Assembly: GCA_028534125.1 (NCBI GenBank)
Contig: CM052816.1
Location: 85,748,001 to 85,812,000, forward strand
DNA from: Lama glama
Taxonomy: Eukaryota
Direction of reading: 5' to 3'
DNA: 64,000 nt
This document shows, one piece after another, positions 1 through 12,824 of this stretch (position 1 is the first letter of the stretch; each line of letters opens with the position of its first letter). The notes under the pieces are model-generated. The model was not told the origin of the DNA and searched no databases. It saw only the letters and a program-made list of their open reading frames with translations. The position numbers and the translations under genes were made by a program.

Positions 1-528
1 ATTCTTATAAAGAGTTATGCTGAATTGTTTTGCCCTCTTTTACGTCCAGTATAAATCACAATCTGCTTAAATTGTAATTATATATTTAAATTATAATTTT
101 TCAAATATAAAAATGAGATTGAGCACAGAAAAGATAGACTTTTTAAACAAATAAGAACTTTTTATAAGATAAATAAATCTGCTGACTTAAAAAGATATTA
201 TATTTATATAAATATAATTCACTAGAGTTATTAGAGCTGAAAATAAAGGAAAGATTCCAGGATCTAATATCAAAACAGATCCAAGAAAGACTATACATGT
301 GTGTATATATACATTTACCTACAAGGAAATATCTGTAAATCAGACTTAAGACTGCTCAAACACACTGCATCAAATTAAATATCATAGTTCTTAGTATTTG
401 AGATAACTGTAAACAAAATCTGCATGATTCCTAAGAGGTAACAAACATTCAGTAATTAACTGAGATGAAATGGATTTCATGTTCTTACATATTTTAGCCT
501 GTAATAGTAAAATTTCTGAAAGTCTATT

Positions 529-1112
529 TGAGACAGGAGGGAAAAGGGCAGGGCACAACTATTTAAAAAATGACACAGTTGAGGATAGGACATAACCTAA
601 TAGAACCAATTAAGCCTAAGATGGTAGAGAATTTGACTTCCAGTGGTCCTTGAGCCTCATTGTACGCTCATTATAATGTATTAAAATGCCAAATGGCACA
701 CCTACAACTGCCATGACTGTTCCTAGGCTGACCATAAAAGACCAAAAAGTGGGCAGTGGACCAATTCAGGGAAATTCCCACCCCTTCCCCAAAATATTTG
801 GAATAATCCTCTCCTTGTTAGCATATCAAATTACCTAGCCCATAAAAACTAGTCACTCCCACACCTCGAGGCCACTCTAATTTTCCAAGATGGCTCCATA
901 ACCTGGGGCTGCCTCTGTTGCCTTCTGAGACAGCCTGCCCTTTGTTAATGGAAGATGTGTGTCCCTGAATAAACTTGCTTTCACTTTATTATGGCTTACT
1001 CTTGAATTCTTTCCCTGTGAAGCCAAGGACACTAACTTGCCAGGGTGCATCCCAGGGAATTGCCTGAGACCTGGGACACAACCATTCTCTCTCGTCCCAT
1101 TTTTCTGCAACA
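529..1112 (+). mobile_element. Solo LTR, ERV1-like (~584 bp)
   Basis: Starts TGAGACAGG and ends TTTTCTGCAACA (TG...CA). Flanks tatt/catt form a 4-bp TSD with 1 mismatch. TATA-like CATAAAA at ~841 and AATAAA at 968-973 followed by a U5-like tail. Confidence 0.8.
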
Positions 1113-1214
1113 CATTAACGTATGCCAGTTTCATCCTATATGATATGAAGATTAATCTCAGTGTAGAAAGTCATATGTCCTGTCAAAGCAACAGGTCATA
1201 CTAAACAAACAGAG

Positions 1215-2000
1215 ATAGTGCTTCCACTGCTATTTAGAATACATAGAAATGCTGTATAAAATAAACATTTATATATTAAAATATACAGTGAGATTAAATA
1301 AGGAAAGAGAAACTAGAATTGGTATAAAGAAAAAGCAGTAAGCACTTAAAACTTATGATACATTGGCACTGAAGCGGATGGTAACTAATTAAACAGAAAA
1401 GTACAAATTGGAAACTAAAGGCTGGCATTTTGATGCTAAACTGAGGACAGGAGAGAAATGCGTTCTTAAGAATGCAAAAAGGAGAAACTGGAAGTGAGCT
1501 ACTTTGTAAAATGAAGACAACAGAAAAACTTACTGGAAGTAAGGGAATGAGTGAATGGAGAAAGGAAGGACTAAAGAATAAAAATCTCTTTTATCCTGCC
1601 CAGGCAAAAAGAGAGGTCATGTCTCTGCCTATGACTTAGGCAGTAACCTGCATGAGTAGAAGTACAAATATGCAGCTGATTTCACATGATATTTAGTCTT
1701 ACTAGATCTTTGTGGCATCTGATAGGTAGGTATTATAGAATAAAGTAATGATGAAAAAGACTAGAAAAAGCATTTAAAGATATTTTAAGATGTTCACAAT
1801 TAAAGAAAAAATATGATCTGTTCGGGAATGTAAAATAATAGCAAAACTAGACAGATTTTAGTGACTAAAGAACATTAAACATAAAGCAACAATTTTAAGA
1901 TCAAAACAGAAGGCAGAATACTTATAAATAAACAACATTATTGACAAAGCAGTTCCTGCTTGTCAGGCACATTAGAAGCCAGAAAAGAATACGAAAAATA
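1215..2000 (+). mobile_element. Very old LINE-1 5'/ORF1-like remnant
   Basis: A-rich strand bias and decayed L1ME/HAL1-like phrases; boundaries approximate. Confidence 0.35.
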
Positions 2001-2999
2001 TTTAATGTGCTTAGATCTACACCTCTTGACACAGAATTCAATAGGTTAGTGATACTGTTCATCTTGCTCCTTCTTCAGTGACACCAATCAAACTCCCTTA
2101 AGAAAACACCATCCACCCATGATAGAAGAGATGAATTGAAAACACTTGCTTAAATAACTCTTATTAATAAGGAAAGCTACACATTTATAATTTACTTTTT
2201 AGTACATAATGACATGTTTTCAAACAAAACAATATCAAATTTCATGTACCCTACTCATAATTCAATATGGGAATGGCTGCAATAACATTTTAAATGCTTA
2301 TTGAATCAATTAACTTATAAATATATATAAGAATATATAAATAAATCATATATACAATTAAGTTTATCTTAATTCTGTTACTTGTTAGAAATATCCGGTT
2401 GCTAATGGCAGCAAGAGCTATGAGTAAAACTGGAGTTTCTTTTCCTTAGTTTACTATAGTCCTGCAAAAATGAAAACAAAATTCTTCAACTTAAACAATA
2501 GCAACTTAAAAATTTAACTTATATAATAGCAAGAAATGCACATAACCATAAGCTAAACTCCTATAACCAGAAAATTCAAGAGTAAAAACTACATGATAAA
2601 CTCCATCAAAAATCGGGTGAGAACAGAGTAGGCAAAGAGAGTTATTTTTGCTTTAAAAATGGCATAAGATTGTAGCCTGATCTTACTCTAAACCTGAAAA
2701 GAAATTATGTAAACAAATCAAAGTAAACAATTTGAATTAATAATTTTAGTAAACAACATCAGTAAAGAATCTGATTAATAATTTACTTAATTAACTGATG
2801 GAATGGTTCTTTTCCAACTGCTGTACAATTTCAACTGTTAGAAAACATGCATTACTAATGCAATACAGATGATTCAGTAAGTGGTGATCATCACTAAAAA
2901 TGGTCAGGGCATGAGGTTTCCATCTGCCCTGCCATCAGTGTACAACAGGGTACTGGACAGAGTTTCCTCATTATTTTGCTGTTTGTGTTTTCTTTTGTA

Positions 3000-3450
3000 G
3001 TTTTAATCTGGAATTATTTTCCTTCAGTCTGAAAATCTTATTTGATATTTCTTGAAGTACGGGTCCACTGTTAAGTTATCTACTCTTCAGTTGTCTGCCA
3101 ACTTTTTAAATTTTTCTCTCAGTACTCTAAAATGTTTAATGCAATTTTTTTTGGTTCACATGACTTCTAATAAAAAATTACCAGTCATTCTCATTCCCCT
3201 TCACTTTCTCTAAATGTCTGTTTCCATCCCCACCCAGAGCTTCACTCAAGATTTCCTTAAAGTTTCCATCTAGTCTGGAAACATTTCAGCCCAGTCATTA
3301 ATTCTCAGTTTTTTTTCTTCCTCTCTTCATGGGGGAAATCACTTAAAGTTAAAAACTTCAATATTGTCCTGCTGGACCCTAAGTGAAGGGAATTTTCTCA
3401 AAATTGTTTTCTCTTTGCTTCAGTATGGATAATTTCTATTGTAATATTTA
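3000..3450 (-). mobile_element. Old LINE-1 fragment (ORF1 region, antisense)
   Basis: T-rich, with typical antisense L1 phrases (ttccttcagtctgaaaa..., ttcagtatggataatttctattg). Confidence 0.5.
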
Positions 3451-3489
3451 AACATGTGAAGTTTGTGATAAACATTCAAATGGACTGTG

Positions 3490-3930
3490 TAAGTAGGTAA
3501 GAATTTAGGACTGAAGTCTAGGCTACAGATAAAACATTTTACTGTGATCTGAATTTAGATGGTATTCACAATCTTATAGTGGATGATCACCAAGGAAATG
3601 AGTGTAAAAAAGAAAACAGGAGTTGCATATTCAACACTGAAACACTCCAAAAATAAGACATTGGGAAATGAAGAGGAAGCAGCAAAGGAGATTAACAAGA
3701 ATCAACCAATAAAGTAGGAGGATAATTAAGAGTTTGTGGTATCATGAAACCAATGGTAGGGGAGTGTTTCTAAGAGAAAACAGCAGTCATCTGAGTCAGC
3801 ATATAAAATGAACACTCAGAATATACTTTTGGACTGACATACTTAGAAATTGTTAGTGATGCAAGAGCAGACATGATGGAGTGCTGGGAATGAGGAAGGC
3901 AATGACTATTGGAAAGAATTAAAACAAATT
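3490..3930 (-). mobile_element. L2 LINE fragment
   Basis: Purine-rich antisense L2 phrases (gtctaggctacagata, gatcaccaaggaaatgagtgta, gaagaggaagcagcaaaggaga, gtggtatcatgaaacca). Confidence 0.6.
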
Positions 3931-5410
3931 GGAAACAGGAAGTGCCTATCTCTACCCAGGCACTTTTACATACACATACAAAAAACATAATAATAAAGCA
4001 CAGGGCATGCTTTAGAGAATTAAAATATTCAAATAATTGACAAAATGTTTTTGAAAGTGTTGGGAAACTGTTGGCCAAATCCCTGAATTTCCATAATAAT
4101 TACACCTGTAATCAGATTATTGCAGCCTAAGGTTGTAGGGTTCTAGTCCTAAATAATTTGGTTGTGGCCCAGATACCAGAGTTGGAAACACTTATTGAGG
4201 AAAGCCAAATGATTTGCTTTAATGAGCTGTGAGATACATGGGCATATATCTACTCATCTGAGCAGTAAGATTATTGTGATCATGTCAAGTTAAGTGGACT
4301 GTGCTTGAACTATTGGCATTAATTCAATTTGCTCTATGATAGTTGCCTATATAATATCTGTAATATAGCAGACAGCTTAGAGTAAATTGTCATTTTAGGA
4401 TTTGTCCCTGATTACAGAACAAATAATCACTAAGAAATGCCCTCTAGGTATACATTAAGTGGCATGTGGTTTGATCTATTTCCAGAGCTAATTAGACAAG
4501 ATGTTTTTAAAATTGAGAAAACAATTATCTGGGTCATGAAAATATTTTTTTTTAGTAACTGCATGGTTGAACAACAACAGTAAAACTTCAGAGCATACTA
4601 TTAAAAACAGGTTTATGTTTAACATACAGAAAATTTATATTAGGTATATTTAATACATATCTTTGACATAGTATATTATGTTAAAAACTCTTAGATTTCA
4701 CATGTCTCACAACATTTTCAAAATAATGACACTCATTCAATATCTTACCAGTTGAATTTATGGTCATGATTTCATTGAAGAACTAACAAGAAATAACTAA
4801 GATCACAAAAAATGACAAAAAAATGTACTTCAAGTATTTTATATTCCAGATTTTTTAGGAAAGGAAATAAGCATTCTGGTGACTCATATTTAAATTACTC
4901 ATTGTTACATGTCTAAATTATTTACTTCTAAAAATATATCTATACATCAACTCAACATCTAAAATATACTTAATACAGTTTAGAGAAGTATAAATAAAAT
5001 TTGATTCAAAGTATTTAATGGTATAACATCACACTGAGAGATGATTAAATGTCAAACAGTATTTTAACTCCAGATATATATTTTGCAAAATTAGCATTAA
5101 GAAACATCTTTCCAACTGCTCAGAAGCTTCTACTTTATATGTTAAATAAAGGAACTATCATTTTTCTATCATTATTAACTATTCTTTTGACTCTGATAGT
5201 CATGTGCCTGAGAAGTTTGGCCCCTGGTCAGTTATTGTAAGGAGTATAAAGTATCAACAAATCCAGGAACAATTTCAAATGATTTGTTAAAATTTTCTGC
5301 ACAAGTTGTTATCTTGAGAAATTGATTTCCCAGCAGGTACACTTCAAGAGGATAGGGATGTTTACTTTTTGTGATGGGGTCTCCCTAGCACTTAGAACAG
5401 TGTGTAGCTA

Positions 5411-5554
5411 GGGGCGAGGGTAAAGCACATGCTTGGCATGTACGAGGTCCTAGGTTCAAATTCCACTACTTCCATCAAAGATAACTAAACATAATTATCT
5501 CCCCTGCCAAAAATAAAAAGAATGATTAAAATAAAATTTAAAAAGAGGAAAAAA
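5411..5554 (+). mobile_element. vic-1-like tRNA-Ala-derived camelid SINE (A-box region deleted)
   Basis: GGGG..GAGGGTA..CATGCTTGGCATGTACGAGGTCCTAGGTTCAAAT (B box) plus an A-rich tail. 17-bp TSD agaa(c/t)agtgtgtagcta at 5394-5410 and 5555-5571. Confidence 0.85.
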
Positions 5555-6345
5555 AGAATAGTGTGTAGCTAATTGTAGGAGTGCACTAAATATTTTAATC
5601 AATTAAGTTGAAAGAAAAAATCACAAGTCACAAGCTCATTGAGTTGATTTGTAATAACTGTTTAAACAATTGTAATATGACTTCAGTAAATGCACAGAAT
5701 TATGAATAACTTATTATTGTCAACATATATGCAACTAAAACTAAGATGATTTTATAAATTATAGAGCAAAATAATAAATGTATATAAATATTAATTTTAT
5801 GTGACAGTTTATTTTCTTTGTAAGGAGGCTTTTTGAAATATAAAGGTAAATATTATAAATTTGAAGTAATCTGTTATATCTTGAGCTAGAGTTCATTCTT
5901 AAATATGGAATGAAATATTTAAAATATTCATAAGTATTTTTATTTATTATTTTGATTGTTTTTTCATTGAATATCATCATTATACATAGTTCACTACTTT
6001 TGATGGGCTATATAATTTAAAAGTGAAACCATGTATAATTCTGAAGGCAATATAATTTTTGAAAAGTTTTCTTTGCTTGTTGAGTATTATGCTTGATATT
6101 ACTGAACTGGTAGAAGTTGAAGTATACATGCCAAATTCCTATTGCAACTTATTATTAGTTTATTATTATCTCATTTTATTTTTTCTTGTTAGTGAAAAAC
6201 TATTAAATGAATGACTGGTTTACATCACCATGTCATTTTTGTGGTATCACAGCAGAATCAAAATGTACTGAAAAGAAATCAATCAGTTGTCTCAGAAAGT
6301 GAATTTCTATAGTAAATTTTTTTACCACAGAAATATAACTTGGTC

Positions 6346-6421
6346 ATATATATATAATATATATATAATATATAATATATAATATATAATATATAATATA
6401 TAATAATATATAATATATAAT
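6346..6421. repeat. (TATAA)n / (TA)n microsatellite
   Basis: Directly visible. Confidence 0.95.
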
Positions 6422-6569
6422 GTAACTGTAAAATATTTCAGTGTTAAGAACAACCTTCGGGAAAAAATAGCACATGTCTACACTACTGCAGACAAATGTG
6501 CTTACTGGTATATTAAGACATAACACATTAGTTCAATAATGGCATCAATATGATTTTTAAATATTTCAG

Positions 6570-7580
6570 TTATTGAAAATGTGACATGAATAAAATATAA
6601 CATAGTAGAGGTGTACAAGAGAAATGGTAAGATAAATGAGAAAATAAATACACATGTATCATTTTCTACAGATCAAGGCAATTAAAACCTTACGTATGAT
6701 ACACACTGTCACAACTCCCTCCCTTCACACAATAGGTTCTACAACACATATTCATTATTTCCACTCTTTTAAATGTTTATGTAAATGGACCTTGATATAT
6801 ACAGTATTCTAAAATATTCTTTATTCATCAGGACTAACATGCATTCTCTTTAATAAATGTAGCTTTATTTTATTACTTTTCGTGACCATACACTAATACT
6901 GAATGCTTATTCCTGTATTTAAATATTTTTATACAGAGTGTTTTGCTATTACAAATGAATCTGTTATTGCAAACACCATCTTATCTCGTCAGGGTGTATA
7001 TGCCTCTTACGGTAAATAAAAGGAGTACAACAGCTTTACTTATTTTATGAATATGTTCAGGATTTTTGTTAATGTTTTATTGTTTCCCAAAGTACTTTTT
7101 TCCGAGTTATGGGCACAGCAACATTATATGAACATTCCTTAATTTACTATCCTTAAAACATTTGTTTTATATCCTTGGTATACTGAATCATGTATCACTG
7201 TGTGACTGTACTTAATAGATTTGTTTTATGTAAACTGTTTTCTAACTGGAAATTACCTAGCCTTCTTCAGCTTTTATTTGCTTGGATATGCATTTTCCTT
7301 CACTTTACTTTTAACAATCAGTGGCCTAATATTTATACTTCTATGTCTCCTTTAAACAACATATGACTAAATATTTTTGTTTTATGAAGCTCGAGAGTCT
7401 GATTTTGTACTGGAAAGTTAAGTCCATTTGCTTTTACTACAATTTTTCTACATTTGGATTATTTTCTACCCTCTTATTTTGTGCTCTCTCTTTGTTTTGC
7501 TTCTCTACGCTTCCTTTTCTTCTTTCTTGCCTCCACTTTTTTGAGTTGATGTATTCTCTCCATTTGGTTATTTTCCTTGC
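6570..7580 (-). mobile_element. Old LINE-1 (L1ME-like) fragments, antisense
   Basis: Decayed antisense L1 phrases (tttgctattacaaatga, gtttcccaaagta, ccttcactttacttttaac); boundaries approximate. Confidence 0.5.
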
Positions 7581-8734
7581 AGATTTTTGGATGTATTTTA
7601 CTGCATGTATCTTCCAACTACATCACACTCACTACACATTCTGGCATTTGAGTCCCCAGGGACTGCTGTCTTCATACTGGAACAGGAAGAATACATACAG
7701 GATAAAATATTTGCAATATTTGAACAGAAACTGAGGAGAAGAGCAGAGATCAGACTGGTAAATTTACTTTCTTCTCTCAGATTATGTTGGTTACTTTTTC
7801 TCTTATTTTGTTTAAAACAAACAAAAGTAGAATTATCCATCACAGAAAGAAGAAATTAATTAAATGTATCAGAACAACGTATACCATTGAATTTTTCCTT
7901 ATTACTTCTAATAACACTATCCTATCCAGTGTTCCTCATTTGTCTTGATTTTTCTGTCTGATTCTAACCTATCTGCTCCTGAGCACTAATTCTTTTAAAA
8001 TGCTGCCGAATAAAAGTTTCAGAAGTCAGGCATCTTTCAAATGGTTGACATTCTTCAATGCCTTGTAATACAAGTCTGGTAACTTCACCAATAAAGAGTT
8101 AAATATTTGTGTTTTTAAAATACCACTGTAATACAAAATGGAGTTCAGATTTTGGCGGCCATGGGTCAATTAATAAAGTCCAACTGTGCCATTTAAAAAC
8201 CACTGAGAGTATTAGAAAGTGATTTATGCAACCAAGATTAAGAAGAAGAAACTGGAATGAGTTATCCATATATTCTCACCCCTCTAGAGTAATCTATAAA
8301 CTCCAGAAAAGGTGACTATGAGACTGAGACACTCAGTAGAGATATATTAGGTTTTGGGAAAACATTGGAAATAATGCTTGAGTGCAATTATCTTCCAAAG
8401 TCATGGGTCCTTAGTAAAGTGCTTCACAAAACTGTGCTTCTATTTGGATAAAACAGATGTAGACAAGCCCTCCCAGAGACAGAAACCCAAGCTCAGGTGT
8501 AAAAAAAGACAAAAAAAAAAACCCTATGAAAATCGTAAAAAAAAAATATTAAAAATAAATTTCTCATTAGTCACACATGGTACGATTATGTATACAGACC
8601 CTTCAAAAATATTACAGACAAATGATAAGACACAGTGAATTAACCTAAGTTTGCTTGATACAGGGTCAAATATGAAAAACAAATTAGCATTCTTAATAGT
8701 AGCATTTTTTTTGAAAATATTTAACAAGAGTTGA

Positions 8735-8890
8735 TTATTCTATGGGATAAGTTATATAAGGAAATCAGAAATTATGATACATTAAGTAACTTTCCAAGGA
8801 CATACCTTTAGAAGCATTGCTGCCTAAAATCAAATACCAATTTTCTAAGTCTGTATGTTTACTTTCTGTCTTTTCTCACTAACATTACAT
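8735..8890 (-). mobile_element. MIR SINE
   Basis: aaggaaatcaga...ttaagtaactttccaaggacatac matches the antisense MIR core. Confidence 0.5.
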
Positions 8891-9084
8891 TGGAGGAAGC
8901 ATGGGATTTCCCTACTCTATGAACCTTCTTACTTTAATTGGTCTTTTGATTTTTGAATGCTGTATTTGCAAATTTTGCCCTGAGTTAAAATAACTGCATA
9001 TTTAAAGGCCTTTACTCAGCAAATCTTACATATACTAGATTACATGTAACTCAAAACTACCTCGAAGTATTATTTTAATGCCAT

Positions 9085-9385
9085 GATTTTTATCTCATTA
9101 AGTACCTTGGTTTTGCACTCTAGCATAGATTTGTTCCAGTTTATATCAGGGCTTCAAAAAAAAAATGGAATTTGCAAATGTGACAAACTGTGCAACTGGT
9201 TCCATGACACCCCAGCAATACACCCAAGTGAGCCAAGCCGTTGCCCCACCCTGAATGGCCATCAGGACTAGTCCAGCCCATAGAAATCCTCTAATTTTGG
9301 CTTCCAAACAAGATTTGATTATAGTTTTCATCTGTTGGAGGAGCTGCAGCTGTCCCTTCAGGTGGTCACTTTTATCCAATAAATA
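9085..9385 (-). pseudogene. MCUB: Processed pseudogene fragment of mitochondrial calcium uniporter regulatory subunit MCUb
   Basis: Minus ORF 9146-9379 reads LDKSDHLKGQLQLLQQMK...EAKIRGFLWAGLVLMAIQGGATAWLT-WVYCWGVMEPVAQFVTFANSIFF. It aligns with recalled MCUB (LEKIDHLKEQLQPLEQVK...[50 protein letters not shown]), has no intron and is 5'-truncated. The next ~65 nt weakly resemble the MCUB C-terminus with stops. Confidence 0.88.
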
Positions 9386-9689
9386 GAGTTTAAATAAACC
9401 TCTTTGGGGGTGGTCTCTGCCATTTAATGTTCAACAGGATTATTTAATGATTTATATATTCCATGAATGCAAATTAAATTGGTTTAAATATTGCTAAATA
9501 GCTTTATTTTTCACTTGCTTTGATAAAAAGGTGTCTAAAATAATTTTGGTCGACATTAATGACCAAATTTTTGATATGTATCTAATACACTACACTTGAT
9601 TTTGCATCAACAGCATAATATGGATGCTATTCTGTATATGCCAACTTCATAACAGCTTTGGGGCCCTTTTGCTGTGAAGTGCACAGATG

Positions 9690-12080
9690 TTTATAATTTT
9701 TCCTCCTTATTATTAAATGACCTTCTTTCTCTCCAGTAATAATTTTCTTCTTAATGTGTTTTGTGTGCTATTACTATAGCAACTTCAGCACTCTTTTTGT
9801 ACACCTTTATTCCATCTTTTTCCTTTCAACTATTTGTGTATTTGGATCTAAGATATGCCTCTCTTAGACAGCATTATAGGTGGATCATGTTTTGTTTTTT
9901 AAATCAATTCTGCCAGTCTCTGTATTTGTTTCAAATGCTTAATTCATTTAATTTAATACCATTACTGATAGGGTTGGATTTTTCTGTCTCTTTGCTGTTT
10001 GCTTTCTAAATGTCTTACTTTTTACTTTTCATTTCACTATTTCTCCATTATTTCTCCACTATTTCTCTGAGTTAAAAAGAATTTTATATGTACCAGTGTA
10101 ATTCCCTTATTGGTAATTTTACTATATTTTTTTTGTTAGGGCAGATCTGCCAACATTAGATTTTCTCAGAATTTTTTTTCTTTCATTTTTGCTAGATACA
10201 GAATTTTTGGTTGACAGCATTTCTTTCAACACTGTAAGGATGTCATTCTATCCACCGTCTCTAGATTCCATGGTTTCTGATGAGAAGTCAGTTATTAATC
10301 TTATTGAAGAACACTTACAAGTGGTAAGTCACTTTTCTCTTGCCAATTTCAAGATTTTGTCCTTGACTTTTTTGTTTTTAATATAACTATGGTGTGTCTA
10401 GGATGAATNNNNNNNNNNNNNNNNNNNNNNNNNNNNNNNNNNNNNNNNNNNNNNNNNNNNNNNNNNNNNNNNNNNNNNNNNNNNNNNNNNNNNNNNNNNN
10501 NNNNNNNNNNNNNNNNNNNNNNNNNNNNNNNNNNNNNNNNNNNNNNNNNNNNNNNNNNNNNNNNNNNNNNNNNNNNNNNNNNNNNNNNNNNNNNNNNNNN
10601 NNNNNNNNNNNNNNNNNNNNNNNNNNNNNNNNNNNNNNNNNNNNNNNNNNNNNNNNNNNNNNNNNNNNNNNNNNNNNNNNNNNNNNNNNNNNNNNNNNNN
10701 NNNNNNNNNNNNNNNNNNNNNNNNNNNNNNNNNNNNNNNNNNNNNNNNNNNNNNNNNNNNNNNNNNNNNNNNNNNNNNNNNNNNNNNNNNNNNNNNNNNN
10801 NNNNNNNNNNNNNNNNNNNNNNNNNNNNNNNNNNNNNNNNNNNNNNNNNNNNNNNNNNNNNNNNNNNNNNNNNNNNNNNNNNNNNNNNNNNNNNNNNNNN
10901 NNNNNNNNTCAAGTTTGAGTAAGGTTATACAAGCAAGGATTCACTATCCTCAAAGAATGAACTAGTCTTTCCCATAACTTGAAATAATTTGTGTTAAGAT
11001 TAGTGCTATTTCTTCCTTTAATGTTTGCAAAAATTAACCAGTGAGGTCATCACTTGGTCTTCCTTTTTTGGGAAGGTTTTATAAATCAGTTTCATAATCT
11101 TTAAAAATGATACCAGATTTTTCATAGTTTGTATTTCTTCTTCAGTCATCTTTGGTTAAGTAAGTATTTGGAGGAATTTATTTATTTTATCTGAATTGTA
11201 AAATAAGTGTTGCTTATAATATCCACTTGTTATGGATGCCTATGATACAGTTTGATAGACTTTTTTATTAATAATATTGATAACTTATTTTCTCTATTAT
11301 TTTTTACCATCTTACTATAAATTTATTAATGAAATAAAGTTTTTTTTTAAAATAAATTTCTTAAATGGACTGTATTTAGCTTTGTTGATTGGTCTATTGA
11401 ATATTTCTTCCATCAATTATTTCTGCTCAAGATTTGATTTCTTAATATCTTTTCCTTAGATTTGATTTTTCTGTTTTTTTCCTAGCTTCTTGAAATGGAA
11501 GACAGTCATTGTCTTCTGTCATCTTCTCTAATGTATATATTTAAGGCCATCCATTTCCCACTAATCAGTGCTGTATCTGTATTTTGCAAGAGATAATATG
11601 TGATGGCTTCTTATTACATTCAAATATCTTTAAAATTTCCACTTGGATTTATCATTTGATTCATTAAATATTTATAGTGTATTTATATCCTGAAAATAGT
11701 GGCTTTCTAGTTATCTCTTTGTTGTTAATTTTTAGATTAGATCCACTAAGGTCAGGAAAAACAATTTTAATATTTTGAAGTTATTGGTCATTTTCCTTAT
11801 GGACCAGCATATGGTCAATTTGGTAGATATTCCATGTACACTTGAAAAAAATGTAGATACTGTAGTTTTGTGTAAAGTATTCTATAAATGCCTATTGGGT
11901 CAAATTTATAAATTATTTTTGTTCAGACATTTTATATTTTTATTTACTTTTGGCTAATTCTATCAGCTATTGAGGAAAATGTTCTATTTCCCTGCTAGAT
12001 TTATGAAATGTCTATTTTTCCTTTTTAATCCATAATTTTTCCTTCATATATTTTGAAACCATATTACTGAGTACATTCAG
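9690..12080 (-). mobile_element. Old LINE-1 fragments (ORF1 end/ORF2, antisense), interrupted by the gap
   Basis: Antisense L1 phrases: ggtttctgatgagaagtcagttattaatcttattgaag, gctatttcttcctttaatgtttg, ccatgtacacttgaaaaaaatgt. Confidence 0.75.
10409..10908. other. Assembly gap (500 N)
   Basis: Run of exactly 500 N; likely a placeholder size. Confidence 1.
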
Positions 12081-12089
12081 AATGATTGC

Positions 12090-12820
12090 ACATATGATAA
12101 TAAAGGTTAAAGCAATTCAGATTTTAGAGGGGGGCTATAGAAATATATCTTCATGATACTTAAGTAGAATTGATTTTTTTCAAACATGATGCAATAAGCA
12201 CTGAAAATAACATTAAAAATAAATGAGACATACTAAAATTAAGTTTATCTGTTCCTCAAAAGTCACAATTTAGAAAATATAAAAACACCCTACAAAACTG
12301 AGAAGAAAACCATCGTAATTACATCTGGCTTTTCATATGCACAAATTAATAAGAAAAAGACGACTCGATAGGAAAAAAGAAAAGCCCAATGACTTAAAAA
12401 ATACTTCATATAAGAGAATATGCAAATGGCCAATAAACATACTAAAAAGATGTTCAACTTCTTCATCATCAATAAAACGCTATCAATTTACAAACCCAAG
12501 AAAGGCTAAAATGAAAATAACTGACAATTACAGGTATTAGCAGCGATACGGCAATATAATTTACTATCATACACTGCTGGTGAGAGTGTAAATTTGAAAA
12601 TAACTCTGAAAAACTGAGATTATCTTCTAAAGCTGAATTTACGCTTACCCTATGGCTCTGTAAGAGCATTCCAAAAGAATATCAATACGTTTGTTAATTA
12701 AAGCATGTGTAGCAGAATGTTCATAACTACACTAGTTAAACAGTACTTGTACCGCTCCCCTCACCCCCCAAAAAACCTCCCAAACTGCTTATCGAAAGTT
12801 GAACGTATAAATACAATATA
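12090..12820 (+). mobile_element. Old LINE-1 (L1ME-like) ORF2 end/3' region
   Basis: atgcaaatggccaataaacatactaaaaagatgttcaacttc and catacactgctggtgagagtgtaaat. It appears to resume after ~14570. Confidence 0.7.
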
Positions 12821-12824
12821 GACG

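Noticed and set aside
7583..7757. Exon-like segment (ttttccttgcag| ... ctg|gtaaat) with an open frame
   Set aside because: The acceptor lies in antisense L1 T-rich sequence, the donor is weak, the peptide is unrecognised and no partner exons are seen.
10349..10918. Long ORFs of X residues
   Set aside because: Artefacts of the 500-N gap.
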